Shown here: in pieces, positions 33,167 to 47,444 of the stretch
How the letters are laid out: each line of letters starts with the position of its first letter
Position numbering within the stretch: the first letter of the stretch is position 1
NCBI GenBank assembly: GCA_963575745.1
Contig: CAUYUJ010000114.1
Location: 62,001-126,000, forward strand
From: Prorocentrum cordatum
Lineage: Eukaryota
Reading direction: 5' to 3'
Length of the DNA: 64,000 nucleotides
Made by a program: the position numbers and the translations under genes
The notes under the pieces: model-generated
Told to the model about the DNA's origin: nothing
Seen by the model: only the letters and a program-made list of their open reading frames with translations
The model's database searches: none

Positions 33167-34495
33167 CTACCCAATGCGCATATACAAATATGAGTAGCGA
33201 ATGGGCCTAATCTCCAGCCCTCTTGCATCGTCTACAGTGTTATTCATATTCGAACCCAGCGAGTCGTGAATTGCCATCTTCTCGGCCGCCGCGCACTGGC
33301 GGTCTGGCATCGATGCCACAACATGCATTGCTTTATGGTCCACGCAATGGGGGCGCATATCTTTGTCGCGACGGCGACGGCCGTCGCCGTCATCGTCGAG
33401 AAAGCCAGGGCCACCTAGAAACCTCCACTTCGGATCAGACGTCGTGCCAATGTATATTGGGCGGCGGCCCGCGCTCTTGCGCAAGTACCTCAAACGGGCG
33501 CGCCACTCCTCCTCGTGGACGTCTAGCAGCGGCTGGTGCACCACAATCCTAATGTCGTCTATGTCCTTGCACTGCTGAGGCACGTCGTCACGCGCCATCT
33601 CCCAGAGCACGCGATGCCGATTCTCACGAGACCGTGAACGCATCCGACGCATGGCGAGGCCTGTGCGATCATCAGGGCTCCTTCTGGGGCCTGCGCCAGC
33701 AGCAGCCTTCTTATCGGGGCCCCCATCATCGTCGTCGTCACTGGCGATTTTCACGACCTCGCCGACGTCTTCGACTGCTGCAAGAAGCTCGCCGACGTCT
33801 TCGACTGCAGGCGGCGCCCATGCCGGGCTCTTTGTAGATTTAGTGCGAGCGCCGACGCCATCATCATCATTGTATTGACTCAGCCAACTTTCATCACTGC
33901 TTTGACTCAGCATCGTCTGAGATGATGCTCCCGCTGCTCTGCCCTCGCCTCCAGCGACTAGCGGGAGCAATGCACCATGGGCCGAGGAATGCGGCCCAGC
34001 CTCCTGGCCATTGCCGCCGCCGCCACCCGCTGCTCTGCCGCCCATCTCATCCTGCTGGTCGATGACGGGCTTGACCTCCTCGACGTTGCCACCGCCGCCG
34101 ATTTCATCAGCTGCTCTGACGCGCATCTCCGGCTGGTCGATGATGGGTTTGACCTCGCCGGCGCTGCCACCGCCGCCAGATGCATCAGCTGCTCTGGCAC
34201 CCATCTCCTCCTGCTGGTCGACAATGCGTTCGGCCTCGCCGGCGCTGCCACCGCCGCCAGATGCATCAGCTGCTCTGGCACCCATCTCCTCCTGCTGGTC
34301 GACAATGCGTTCGGCCTCGTCGGCGCTGCCGCCGCCGCCATCGTGCTCGACGGCGCCCTGAATCCGCTGCCGCTCGCACCGCTCGATGAAGTCCTCGACT
34401 GCATTGGCCATGCAAGTCATCTCGTTCTTGTACTTTCCCTTGTTGACGGGTGGTCGGTTCTTGGCCGACGCAGGCAAGGGGGCCGCGCGACTCAT
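33167..34495 (-). CDS. Intronless protein with 27-aa repeats and a C-terminal GIY-YIG-like nuclease domain (apparently permuted)
   Basis: RPIYIGTTSDPKWRF..H..AAAEKMAI..NMNN..G..YSYLY supplies YIG-T, Arg, Glu and Asn in GIY-YIG order. An 81-nt repeat occurs about 4 times at 34000-34340. Confidence 0.7.
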   Translation of the reverse strand: MSRAAPLPASAKNRPPVNKGKYKNEMTCMANAVEDFIERCERQRIQGAVEHDGGGGSADEAERIVDQQEEMGARAADASGGGGSAGEAERIVDQQEEMGARAADASGGGGSAGEVKPIIDQPEMRVRAADEIGGGGNVEEVKPVIDQQDEMGGRAAGGGGGNGQEAGPHSSAHGALLPLVAGGEGRAAGASSQTMLSQSSDESWLSQYNDDDGVGARTKSTKSPAWAPPAVEDVGELLAAVEDVGEVVKIASDDDDDGGPDKKAAAGAGPRRSPDDRTGLAMRRMRSRSRENRHRVLWEMARDDVPQQCKDIDDIRIVVHQPLLDVHEEEWRARLRYLRKSAGRRPIYIGTTSDPKWRFLGGPGFLDDDGDGRRRRDKDMRPHCVDHKAMHVVASMPDRQCAAAEKMAIHDSLGSNMNNTVDDARGLEIRPIRYSYLYMRIG

Positions 34496-34683
34496 CAAGG
34501 GCTCCCAGCTTCGCGCTTCGCGCTGCGCGAAGCGCGAAGCGCGAGTAACTTCGCGCTCTCGCGCCGCCTCCCAGGGGGGAAGAGGAGGATGCGGAATCGG
34601 AGCCGAACCGCGAAGCGCGAATAACTTCGCGCCCTCGAGGGCGCCCTTGACTCATAGCCCTGCGGCCTCTGAGCCCTGAGCCC

Positions 34684-34710
34684 TGAGCCAAGAGCCAAAA
34701 CGGCTATGGT
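34684..34710 (-). other. Relict spliced-leader-like sequence carrying a 7-nt duplication
   Basis: Minus strand reads accatagccgttttggctc[ttggctc]ag versus ACCGTAGCCATTTTGGCTCAAG (17/19 before the duplication). Confidence 0.8.
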
Positions 34711-34975
34711 GCATGCTGCGTGCTGCTGCTGATTGTTGCTGCTGCTTGCTGCTGCTGCTGATTGTTGCTGCTGCTGCTGCTGATTGTTGCTTGCTGCTGC
34801 TGCTGCTGATTGTTGCTGCTGCTGCTGATTGTTGCATGCTGCTGCTGATTGTTGCTGCTGCCGCCGGGTCGACAGCGGCTTGCACTCCTTGAAAAGTGCT
34901 TGCGCTATTTCCTCAAACAGCGCTTGCACTCCAATATACACACGTAACACGTATGATATATAAGCGGCAGCGGCA

Positions 34976-34976
<1 letters not shown>

Positions 34977-35018
<42 letters not shown>

Positions 35019-35383
35019 CGGCGTGCGTATGATATATAAGCGGCGTCGTCGTCGTCTCGTTTCGTCGTCGTTTCGTCGTCGGAATTCATTGTCGTCGTCG
35101 GTCGTCGTCGCCGCTCGTCGTCGGCATTCGGGTCTTCCTTCGTCAGTCGTCGTCGTCGTCGTTTTTTCGTAGTCGTCGTCGTACGTCGTACGTCGTACGT
35201 CGTCTTTCGTCGGCCGTCGGTTGCCACTCGTCGCCATTCGTTGTCGTCGTCGCTCGTCGTCGTTCGTCGTTCGTCGTCGTCGGAGGTCGTTGTCGTCGAT
35301 CGTCGTCGTCGTTCATTGTCGTCGTCGTCGCGCGCGCGCGCCCGCCGCGTCGGCCGTCGGCGGGCGGCGGGCGGCGCGACGAA

Positions 35384-35426
<43 letters not shown>

Positions 35427-35460
35427 CGCGACGACCACGACGACCACAACGACTACGACC
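34977..35460. repeat. (AT)n followed by (GTC)n/(GAC)n low-complexity arms
   Basis: Direct read. The GTC-rich arm is about 35045-35330 and the GAC-rich arm about 35385-35460. Confidence 0.9.
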
Positions 35461-35473
35461 AAACGTTAAAGGT

Positions 35474-35870
35474 TAAGTGGCAGGCCTCTCTGGGAACGCC
35501 AAAAGTTAAGTGGCAGGCCTCTCTGGGAACGCCAAACAGGCCTCTCTGGGAACGCCAAAGTGGCAGGCCTCTCTGGGAACGCCAAAAGATAAGTGGCAGG
35601 CCTCTCTGGGAACGCCAAAAGATAAGTGGCAGGCCTCTCTGGGAACGCCAAAAGATAAGTGGCAGGCCTCTCTGGGAACGCCAAAAGATAAGTGGCAGGC
35701 CTCTCTGGGAACGCCAAAAGATAAGTGGCAGGCCCCTCTGGGAAACGCCAAAAGATAAGTGGCAGGCCTCTCTGGGAACGCCAGATGATAAGTGGCAGGC
35801 CTCTCTGGGAACGCCAAAAGATAAGAAGCAGGCCTCTCTGGGAACGCCGAAATCATAAGTGGCAGCCCCC
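35474..35870. repeat. 33-bp minisatellite (gataagtggcaggcctctctgggaacgccaaaa), about 12 copies
   Basis: Head-to-tail units without spacers; 11-aa periodicity in the ORF track. Confidence 0.95.
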
Positions 35871-36373
35871 CCTGGGGCCCTCTAAGCAAGCGCGCCCAAA
35901 GTTACAGGGAGGCCGACCCTAACTCGTCTTCCAGCACCTTCCAGCGCGGCGGTCACACCAGCCGCCGTAACCTCTCCAGGTTGCGGTTGTTGTGGTGCAC
36001 CTCCATCGCCGTTCACCTCCTCGGTCTCAGGGACCTCCAGACCCACCGTTTATGATCCTCGTGGGGCTGCGTCTACGTCTCGCGCAGCTGGCTCATTTCC
36101 TTCACGTGTCTCGTCGCCCTCGAAAGCTTGAGTTGCGTCCACCATATCCGGCGGCTCCTCTTTCTGCATGCTCATCAGCGTCTGCTCCATGATGTTGAAT
36201 TGCTCTCGAGCGCTGATTCCCAGCGCCTCGTCAGGCGACGCTCGCCTCACGGCGGCCGGATCACACTTCATTGAGAGGCCCTCGTGCGACCCGCATGTGG
36301 CAGCCGGCTCGACGCCAATGACCACGGCCGGCCCATGCCAAGCCTTGAAAAGTAACGCAGGTCCTCGACGACG

Positions 36374-37300
36374 TCAATTATTGCGCGTGCCTTCCCGATA
36401 AAAAAAAAAAAAAACGACGCCACCTAGCTTCGCGTTCGTGCTCGGGGGTATCTGACGGCTTCGAGCAGCAAGAGCTCGTCGTAGTCGCTTGCCGGTGTCC
36501 AACTTCTCCAACGCTACCTTGGCCGCGCTATAGAGCTGCAACCTTTTCGTCATGTAAGAATCGTTCCCCACTGAATCGCGCACCGCCAGCTGAGACCGTC
36601 CACGTTCGCTGGGTAGTCCCCAGGGCAGCTCCTGAGATCGCCCGAGGACAAGTTGCGTCGGGGAGTAGCCCGATTCATTGATCCGCTGGTTCTTCGCCCA
36701 AATTATTATCACCGACGTTGCTGAGATTTCCAAATCCGTCTCGATCTCCGCATCGGTCGTGCTCGCCTGCCAAAGAACCCCCCATTCACCTCTGGCTCGT
36801 TCGCGCATCCAATTTTGCCACGGCGCCTCCACAGCAGTAAACCACACGTGCACGCCACATCCTTCAAGAAGTCGGGTCACCTCCTCGTAGGGCTCGCCCC
36901 CGTTGTCCGCCACCGAAAACCTAGGAACTCCAGCCCATCTGAACCGCGGTAACTCCAGCGCCTGCGCCGCGATCCCCGGGCGCTTGCTCTTAATGGGACA
37001 CACAAACTGCAAGCCTGTCTTGATGTCCACAATGTTGAGCATCTCCTGGGCTCGGCCTGAGTTGGTGCGAACTGTAGCGAGGTCGATCGCAATCTGAGCG
37101 CCAAACTCGTGAACCGTCTTCAGCCGCGCTGGAAATCGAGCATGGCCAACAGCAGGTCGATTCATCCCGTGACAAATGGGGCATTTCAACTGGCTCGCCG
37201 GCGCGATGGCCTCATCACTCGCCCAAAAGCTCGAAAAGCTCGAACCAATTGATCCCGTGATAGATGTCGAAGGTTCTTGTGAACACGTAAAACAGCTTTC
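36374..37300 (-). pseudogene. Retroviral-type integrase
   Basis: HKNLRH..KCPIC (HHCC), IAIDL, VDIKTG, WAGVP..ADNGGEP, APWQNWMRER, NESGYSPTQLVLGR. Confidence 0.9.
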
Positions 37301-37469
37301 TGTACCTCCTTCGAAACCTTCGCCGCCGTGGGATTCGCCTGCTCGAACGTTTCCTCCGTGGCGGGGAAATCCTCGAACCCGCGATCGTCCAGCTCCTCGT
37401 GGTCCACGTCCGACCAGTGCTCGGGCTCCTCCTCAGCGTAGAGCACCTCCTTTGAACCGCACAGCATCC

Positions 37470-38100
37470 TCACGCCCTTCATCGTGCTCTTAGCCAGCTC
37501 CTCGGGGCACTGCCCCGTTCTATCCGTGGCCTTCGGACCTCCCATCACTAGATCATGTACGTGACCACCGTCGCACTTCGTCTCCAAATCCACCAACAAC
37601 TCAGCACGCGACGCAACGAACTTCGTCGGCTTCCGACGCGGTAAGCCGCCAGCTGACGTAAGCCCATACATACACTGATCCACATGACCAACATGTCCTC
37701 GGCGACATAGTTCTCGAAGTTCAGGTCCACTCCAAGCTCTGGAACCTCTAGGATTCTCGAGCATCCACGCACCCCCGTAAGTATCCACAAGACCAGCCAC
37801 GCCACGACCAAAACGCAAGAACGGCTGATCATGGAACTGCCGTTCTCGAACCTTGAGTTGGTCTTTCTGAAAGTGAGTTAGATTGCTCCACGGGCTGCGC
37901 GGAAACGCCATCATCACGAACTTCGGTCGCTTAACCTCCAACTCCTTCAGCACCTCATTTCGCCTCTTAGGGCTCCTCAAATCATCGCCAAACCCCAAGG
38001 AGATGCTCCGCATTGTGGTCAAGCCCTGCTCTGCCGCCTCCTTTATGATCGCCTCCTTCGCTGCGAAGATCTCCAGGACCCACGGTTTCACCTTCTTGGC
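37470..38100 (-). pseudogene. Retrotransposon-borne C5-methyltransferase-like domain, catalytic PC reads PR
   Basis: VLEIFAA, MAFPRSPWS, WMLENPRGSRAW, VDQCMYG, RKPTKF, CDGGHVH and CPEELA within ORF 37186..38619. Confidence 0.75.
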
Positions 38101-39399
38101 CTCGTTGACATCGACCTCATACTCCGACTCCCAGGATCCGAACTGCGTGCCGAACTCCTCCAAATACTTTTCGGGTTCCACCTTCGTGATGTCGAGGTCG
38201 CGCTTCAACGACTCCAACTGATCTTTCACCGGCGCCCGGGTGCCCTTCTGCATGCTGTTGATGTGCGGCGCCACGTCCATCTCCGAAACGAAATGCACTT
38301 CCCTCTGGATCCTCATCGGCATCGTCATGCCCACCATTGCCGCGCCGAACAGCCACCTCGACAGCGTCGATGGTCCTCGCGCCGCCGGTCGAGCCCGAGG
38401 GCCGGAGGGTGGCGGTCGCGGCCCAGCCCCACCCAGTCCGACAGGCCGCCCAGGTCCAGCCAGACCACCACGCGCGAACAGGACCTCGTCATAGGCGTAG
38501 GCGGCTTTCTTCAGCGCTGGCATGGTCATCAGCTCGGCCTTGTCGTCCGTCGGGATGTTGTGATCCCTGATGTAGTCCACCAGCTCCCCCTTGTTACGAA
38601 CTCCTAGTCCAGGGAGCACCCGCGTGCGCCTCCTCGGCGCCCCTACCGCGGCTATCGATGATCCGGGGGCCCCTCGCGCTGCACTGCTCGACGCCCCCGA
38701 TGCCGGCGGTCCTGGTTCGACTCCGACACTGACTGGGGGTTCGCCTCCTGTTTGAACAGATCGCCTCCTCTGTCGGCTTCCTGCCCATCAGCCTGTCCAC
38801 CGAGGTCTCCGTCTCCAAGCGCCTCGCCCTCGTGACCTCCAGGACCTCGGCCACGACTTCCAGAACTTCTCGCGGCACACGAAACAACTGCTCACGATCC
38901 CGAAGTAGAGGGCGGTCGTCCGAAACGCTCGACGACCGCGGGCGCTCCTCCTCGGACTCCCAATAGAGCCTCGTCAAGATGTTATGTGGCGGGTCGATCC
39001 GCTCGAACAATTCCTCGTCGTGCAACCCATGCGCCCAGCGCAGCTCCTCGATGACGTCGCCCGCGCCCGCGCAGAACGTCTCCCGAGCTCGGACCAGACG
39101 CTAAATTGGACCTCCAGCCTTCGAAGCCTCGAGCGCCTTCGCGCCATCATCCTGGCGCCCCCGCATCTCCAGACCGGAGACGTCCACCTCGCCCGACGGC
39201 GCGCCCCAGCCATCGTCGTCCTCGGGGGCCCAGGCAGCGCCCGCCTCGACCACCTGTCGATCGAGACACGCAGCTCGGCCAGCTTCTCGCGCAGCTATCT
39301 CCGACTTCAGCGTCATCAACACCTCCTTGACCTCTGACCGCGCCCTGAACACCGCCTCGCCAAGAGAGCCCTCCACCCGCGCGGGCGGCTGCCAACCTT

Positions 39400-39800
39400 C
39401 TCGAGGAGTGACAGGCATAGAGCAATGGGCACCGTCAGTCTCGTTGAGACTCATTGGCTTGATCCCCAACTTCTTGGATGCGAACGAGCCCCCCTCGAAG
39501 TCGACGTCGGCCCCCATGGCCCTCAGCGCGCCCTTGCCGATCAGCAGCTGCAGACCCGAGACCGTGATCACAGAGAAGGTGAGGCACGCGTCAAGGCCAA
39601 ACACCGACGCTGGCACCGCCCACTTCTCCCGGGAGACCTGCTTCTCGCCGCTCCCGAACCTGAAGATCGCGATCTGCGGCTCCTTCTGGATGTACTCGGC
39701 GATCTCGAACTCCCGGCGCCTGCCCTCGATCCGCTTCGCGTAGACCTCGCCCGACACCGAGCTGTTGCAGGCTGAATATCCAGAGTGCCATCATTTCCTT
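39400..39800 (-). pseudogene. Retropepsin-like aspartic protease, frameshifted
   Basis: GTLD/SACNSSVSGE across a frameshift, then FRFGSG..LLIGKGALRAMGADVDF. Confidence 0.75.
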
Positions 39801-40459
39801 GACCACCGATCGACGCTGACAACAGGTGAATTTTTAAAAGCGGATCGGAGACACCGATTCGCGAGGGAGAATCCACGGTCGCGGCCTCCACCGCCAGCAC
39901 CTCGAAGGCATCCACCTTGAACTGCGGCGCTGTCTCCATGCCGCCAAGCAAGTCGACCACCAGAGCGCCCTTCGGCTTGACCCTGTCCTGGAGCCTCTTC
40001 TTGGCCTGCTCGAGCATCCACTCCTTCAGCTAGGGGCAGTAAGCATCACTGGCCCAGTGGCCCTTCTCGCCGCACGCGCGGCACTCCGCATTCTTGTTGC
40101 CGGTGCCACCTTTGCCCGCGAAGCGCTTGCCTCCGCCTTTAAAGCCTCCTTTGCCGAACTTCCCATCCTTCCGGAGCTCCTTCGCGCGATTCTTGCCCTC
40201 CCTGACCGCGATGAGCCGACCCCCTCCATCAGCGCCTCGACGCCGCTCTCTAGGTTCTCGAGCTCCTGCGTCAGCTCCGGGTCGTCCTCCGCCTCCTCTA
40301 GCACCGTCGAGAGCGCCTCGAGCTCGGCGGTCAGCGCACCTTCGATGTCCAGGGCTTGATCCGTCGTCAACACCGCCTCGCCGACCTCGGTCTCGTCGAC
40401 GCCATCGTAGGCGTCGACCTCTGCCGAGAGCGCCTCGAGCTCACCTTCGTCGAGCTGAC

Positions 40460-41202
40460 TCAGACCACCGAATCCTCCGTGATGTTCGCCTCTTTGAACT
40501 TCCGAACGATATTCTTCTTGAGCAGCGCCGCACCTGCACTTCGACGGAAGCGCCCTCGATAGAATCCCGACGATCCCCTCTCGAACATGTACAGGTTGGG
40601 GAAAACCCTCATCATAGCTGGCACCACCTCTCGTAACTTCATGCTTCCGCCGGTGGGTGTCATCAGCATGCGTCGTTCAGCCCGTTTTCCTCGATGAGCC
40701 ACCAGCCCGCCGTCCGCGGCGGCAACGCGACCTCTTCCTCATCTAATTGGCTCCAAGCCTCACCGAACCTGATCATCCACGAATTCAGATCCTCACCGGC
40801 TCTCCGGTGCAGCTGTTTGTAGAAGTGCGTCATCACCTGGCCCCTGCGCGTCGGCTCATCCACACCCATGGTCGCGAGCACCTCCATCAACTTGCTGATG
40901 CCCGCCACCAAGTCTGCCTCCCCCCAGTGACCTCGCTCGTCTTCGTCCTCGACGGCCTCCTGGTCGACGATCCACCGCCACTGCTTGGGTCGCAGCTCCC
41001 CCATCGGGATGGACTCGCCGGGCGTCTCCGCGGGCCCGGTCAAGCACCTGCCCACGCGGGCGGCCCAATTCCAGCTCACGTCTAAGCTGATGCCTTCCAT
41101 CCAAAGCGCAGTATCCTTCTTGTACCGCCTCCAGCGACGCGCCGAATCATCCCACGTCAGACTTCCTTCCAAGTCGCGGTTCGCCGTTAGCGGCCCCGTC
41201 AT
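40460..41202 (-). pseudogene. Gag-like protein of the LTR element
   Basis: TWDDSARRWRRYKK..W..LTGPA..FYKQLHRRAGEDLNSWMIRF..GWWLIE, upstream of the CCHC knuckle. Confidence 0.75.
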
Positions 41203-44200
41203 GTACGTAGTCGATATCCGTGTCCACCACTATCGCGGCCCTGCTGGTCGCGGCGGCAGCGCGTCCGGGCTCACGACGTCACTTCCCATAGCCAGTCTGC
41301 GCTGCCCCAGAGACGAAGCGCTGCTGCGCTCCATCTCCAATCCTCGTAGTATTCGTCCTTGTCGTCCTTTTCGTAGAACCTATCCTCCACGACAACTCCA
41401 CTCTCGTAGATCTCCGCCGATGATGCCCAGCGGCCCGCGCGCGCTCCAGTGCGCTCCACTACCACTGCGGAACCGAGGGAGAAAGAGCACCGCGTCCCCC
41501 GTGGTTCCGCAGCGGGATATGGCGGCGAGGGCGTCAACCCTATGGATGCGGCCCTCTTCGTTCCTGGGCTCCCGCGCCAGAAGCCATAATCTCTCAAGTC
41601 GAGACGAACCAAAGCGTGCAACAAACGAGCGATGATACGAGGCGAGCAATACAAAATAGCAAATAGATAGCACAGTCAAATATTAACATCAGTCCAATAC
41701 TTCAATGAGAATCTCATGAAACGAGAGAGGGGAGAATATGAAGGGAGAGAGAAAAATCAAACGAGAGCGGGGCTTCGGGGCTGACACGATAACGCTTTCT
41801 TTCAACAATTAAGCTGGATGAAGCGGGACTCAGCTGAACTCGGCGGGATTATGCCGGATTCGAGCGCGGATATACCATCGTCGATGCTGAATTGAATCTC
41901 TCATATTGCTTTTTGCCAGTGCGTTATCGGTCTGGGTGCCCACCTGCTCGTTCTGTCTTTCGCGAGGCCTAAGTCACACATCTGAGGGCTGGTGGCTCGT
42001 AGCTCTGTAAGGTAAGTACATGCCAGCAGCACTGGGGTCGTCATTGCATATCCTGCCCTTCGCACGACCGCTACTCGCGATCCTCCCTCCTTTCCCTCCT
42101 CGGGGATCTACTGACCCGGGTCAATACAGACCCAGGCCAGTCGGGCCTTGCAGGATCCTGGACGATCCTGCAAGATCATGCAGGACCCTGCACCCGAACC
42201 TGGGTCAATGCACTCCAGGTTCTGCAAGATCCAGCAAAATCCGGCGCTCTGGCTGACCCCCGTTTGCATTGATTGGGAGCGGCCGCGAGGGAGGCGTCCA
42301 AGAGGGGAGGGGTGCAAATCATGGCCGGCGGCATGTGCGCGGCCCCACAGACGTAATGAAATGAGAAGAGGCGCCATGAAATCTGGGGCAATATCATGGC
42401 CCGCGCCATGATATCCCCCCCCCTAGTCATCATCACCCCCCTCTTTGCCGCCCCCGAATTGACCCCCGTCCCTTGAGCCCCGACCTCCCTCCCTGCAGGC
42501 GCTGCCGAGCGCGGGCCTGGCCAGGCAACGGCGGCCATGCCTCCCGCGACCACGACGCACTCGACCTCGGGTGCGGGCGAGGAGGGAGAGGGACGCCCTC
42601 CCCCTCCAGATCGAAGTTTGAGGAGCGAACTTCTGGGATCAAGGTGTTCGCGTGTTCTCGCCGGCCGTCGAAGGTTTTCCCGCATCGGGGTGCTTGCCAG
42701 AAGCTGCGCGTCGTCGAAAGCGTTCTGGGGTTTGCCCAGGTCGTCGCGAACGGCCGCGGGAGACCTGAGCTCTGGTTCGAAAACAAGCCTTCCAACATTT
42801 GAACAGGAACAATACCATTGTTTCCCTGCTTTCGGTCTCTGGCGGCCCTCGTCGGACCCTGGGACGATCAAAAGACGGTCCAGGATAAAGAAACGTCCCT
42901 TTGGAGAAATGTGGGGACTTCCCAGTGCCGCCGTATTGAAGAGAGAAAGGCGCGTCGGGTCTTCGGATTCCTCCCCAGCCTCTTCCCTCCGCCGATGCCT
43001 GACGTGGACGCACAAGTGCTCCCCGAAGGCGTGGATGGAGAAGAGGAGGGGAGGCCGAGGGGGATTCGCCTTTCCTCCTCCTCCTCCTCCTCCTCCTCCC
43101 CCTCCTCCTCCTCCTCCTCTTCCTCCTCCTCCTCCTCCCTCTTCACGTGCGAGCTCTAGCCCGCTGGGCTGGGGAGGGCGACAAGGGCTCAACACACACC
43201 AGCGACGCTGAAATTTACACACAAACATACACACAAGCACCCTGCCGTGCCAAATCACCTCCTGGGGAGTGGATACATGAGCCCCCGATAGAAACGTGAA
43301 GGGTCCATAAGCCTGCATGGTCAAACAATCAACACATGTTTGAAATAAGTCGCGGTCCAACCCCGTAGCTTGTAGGAACTCAGCTGCTTCGAAACAACAC
43401 TGTGCGTCGCAAGAGCGATACCGGTAAATTGAAAGGAACTACCATCCACCCACGACTGCTAGAATCTTGAACTGTCTTATCAAGTGTGCGCAGGCGGGCA
43501 CTATATTCTGGAAAACAGTCATGATCAGTCGGGCCACGCCGACACTAAATTTCATACTGCTGCCGTCGCCACAATGCGTCAGTGGTTCTTCCCTGTCATG
43601 CGAAGGCCGTCCACGAAGACAGCACAGCCGAGAACCGACCGAACCGACAGCGAAACCGAAACCAACCGAATCAGACAGGCCACGGACAGTCCAGAAGGGC
43701 GCAGCGACGCAGCAACGACACAACAACCGACCAAACCTAACAGACCGAACGCAGTCGAGTGCGAGGCAGCCGAACTCACCGAACCGCAGAAACCCTCGCC
43801 CACTGCTGACAAAATGTGGTTATCGTTCCAATGCTGCTTGACGCTTCGCCAGGCTAGCATCCACTCCAGGGTCGACTAGTGCATAAGTACACAAGGCACA
43901 GACTTTTCCTTCCAGCGGCGAGTGACGTCACTACAGCGAAAGCTAAAGCGGGGCACGCACAGCGCCAATTCCACCTGGAGTTGCAAATTGCCGACTGCGC
44001 AGAACAAGCCGCGTGAAGTCGGCGTGCAAAGGTGCCCCTCAGGCGTTGCAAGTGAGTAGCTGCGCTTGGGAAGCGGACGTACACAAGCACCCAACTTAGT
44101 GTACGGGCGGCGCCAGCACGAGCAGGACGTGCAAGAGAGCGTAAAGACTAGGAGAGCTACATGGCACACACACACACAAACACAATCATGCCGTCAGCGG

Positions 44201-44840
44201 GCGTCGACCACGCCGAGCCCTTTTCTCGAAGCTCGCAGACCTCTAACAGCAAGGTGCATATGGTGACCTGTGACGCCGAGGTCGCGCTCGATTATTTTCT
44301 CGCATATCCCGCCACGTTTCCTCCAATGTCGTAATTGTGTTCGCCACGCGCGCCCCAGAGCTCTCGACTCCATCCCCGCGGCTAGCTTCCTCGTCGCGTG
44401 TCGTGTGCTGGCGGCCCGAGGGCCCGAAGCGGGCCTCTCCAAGGACCCGGCCTCGCAAACAAAACAATCACAAAGTGCCGTCGTGATATTTTCAGGACGC
44501 TGAGATAGGAAACGGCAGCTACACCCCATCATCCCTGATCGGCCAGGGCCGTCCTGGCCTCGACCATGAGGACCTGTACACCATTCTGGGGCCAAGGGTG
44601 GCCCTGGCCACGAACTGCGGTGCTGTACAGTAGACACATACGATAAGAAGTCTAGACATCCGAAATATTGGAACACCTTTTTCCTGTACCTTTGAGGGTC
44701 CGAAGGTGCCCCAGAGCTTCTGTGGGTCTCTGGGGCCTCGGGTATATGGAATTTCCGGTTGGCAGCTGCTGGCAGGCCGATGACTAATTTCATGTGCCTA
44801 CTGTACGGCTTCACCGTGCCTTGCGCGGACAGGCATGGTG

Positions 44841-45023
44841 CACACACAAACACACATACACACATACACACACAAACACACACACACACACACGCACAAA
44901 CCCACACGCACGCACGCACGCACAAATACACACACACACGAACCTACACGCACACGCATACACAACCGCACACGCACACGCACACTCACACACTCACACA
45001 CAAACACACACACACACACACAT

Positions 45024-45064
<41 letters not shown>

Positions 45065-45072
45065 CAAACACA
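44841..45072. repeat. (CA)n/(CACG)n microsatellite
   Basis: Direct read. Confidence 0.95.
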
Positions 45073-45582
45073 CCCTCCGACCAGCAGCATGAAGCTGGAC
45101 CCCGGGAAGTTCCACACGGAGGCTATGTACCTCCGCTTGCCGCTTCCGCTCGCAGACCGCCGCTGCCGCTGGTGGGGGGGGTGGGCGACCTGAAGGTGGG
45201 GCAGGAGGAAGAGGAGGGAATGGGAGAAGGTAGATGGAGACGGTGATGGCGATGGGTGAGAGAAGGAGGGAGGGGAGGGAAGGGGAGAGGGAGGGAGGGG
45301 AGGGAGATGGAGATGGGGGCGGGGGAGGAAGGGAGGGAGATGGAGATGGACATAGATACGGAGATGGAGGTAGCGGTGGAGGTGGATGTGGAGATGGTGG
45401 AAATGGAGATGGAGATGGAGATGGAGGAGGAGGGAGGGAGGGAGCAGGCCAGAGGACCCCGGGACCCGCTTGCATTGGTTGCTGCGAGCTCCTGGAGACC
45501 GACCCCCGGTGCTCTGGCGTCTGCTGCCCGATGGCTGGTGCTCCGCTCTGAGGCAACGTTTGTAAGAAATGTGTCACTCGCG

Positions 45583-47335
<1,753 letters not shown>

Positions 47336-47444
47336 TGTTCCTTCTAAACTCCTCCCTGTCGCACCCCGAGGCCAATCGAAAAAACGGGCCCGGCATTTCG
47401 CATGAGATCCCATTACCATCTATGATCCTGAAGCTGAAGAACTA

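Larger units (their letters stand above)
35925..41786 (-). mobile_element. 3'-truncated Ty1/Copia-like LTR retrotransposon with internal DNMT-like domain (gag, zinc knuckle, protease, DNMT-like, integrase; no RT seen)
   Basis: Domain order as in the sub-features below. CCHC knuckle CRACGEKGHWASDAYC at about 40035-40085. A putative LTR start TGTCAG lies at 41786 (low certainty). Confidence 0.8.

Noticed and set aside
35474..35870. CRISPR-like array (33-bp repeats)
   Set aside because: Units are head-to-tail with no unique spacers and no cas genes; it is a minisatellite.
41590..41786. Precise 5' LTR and primer-binding site of the DNMT-carrying element
   Set aside because: A TG start is visible, but there is no second LTR for comparison and no convincing tRNA complement.
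43200..45560. Possible host-gene exons (e.g. [30 protein letters not shown]) on the minus strand
   Set aside because: No recognisable motif or consistent splice model; left uncalled.
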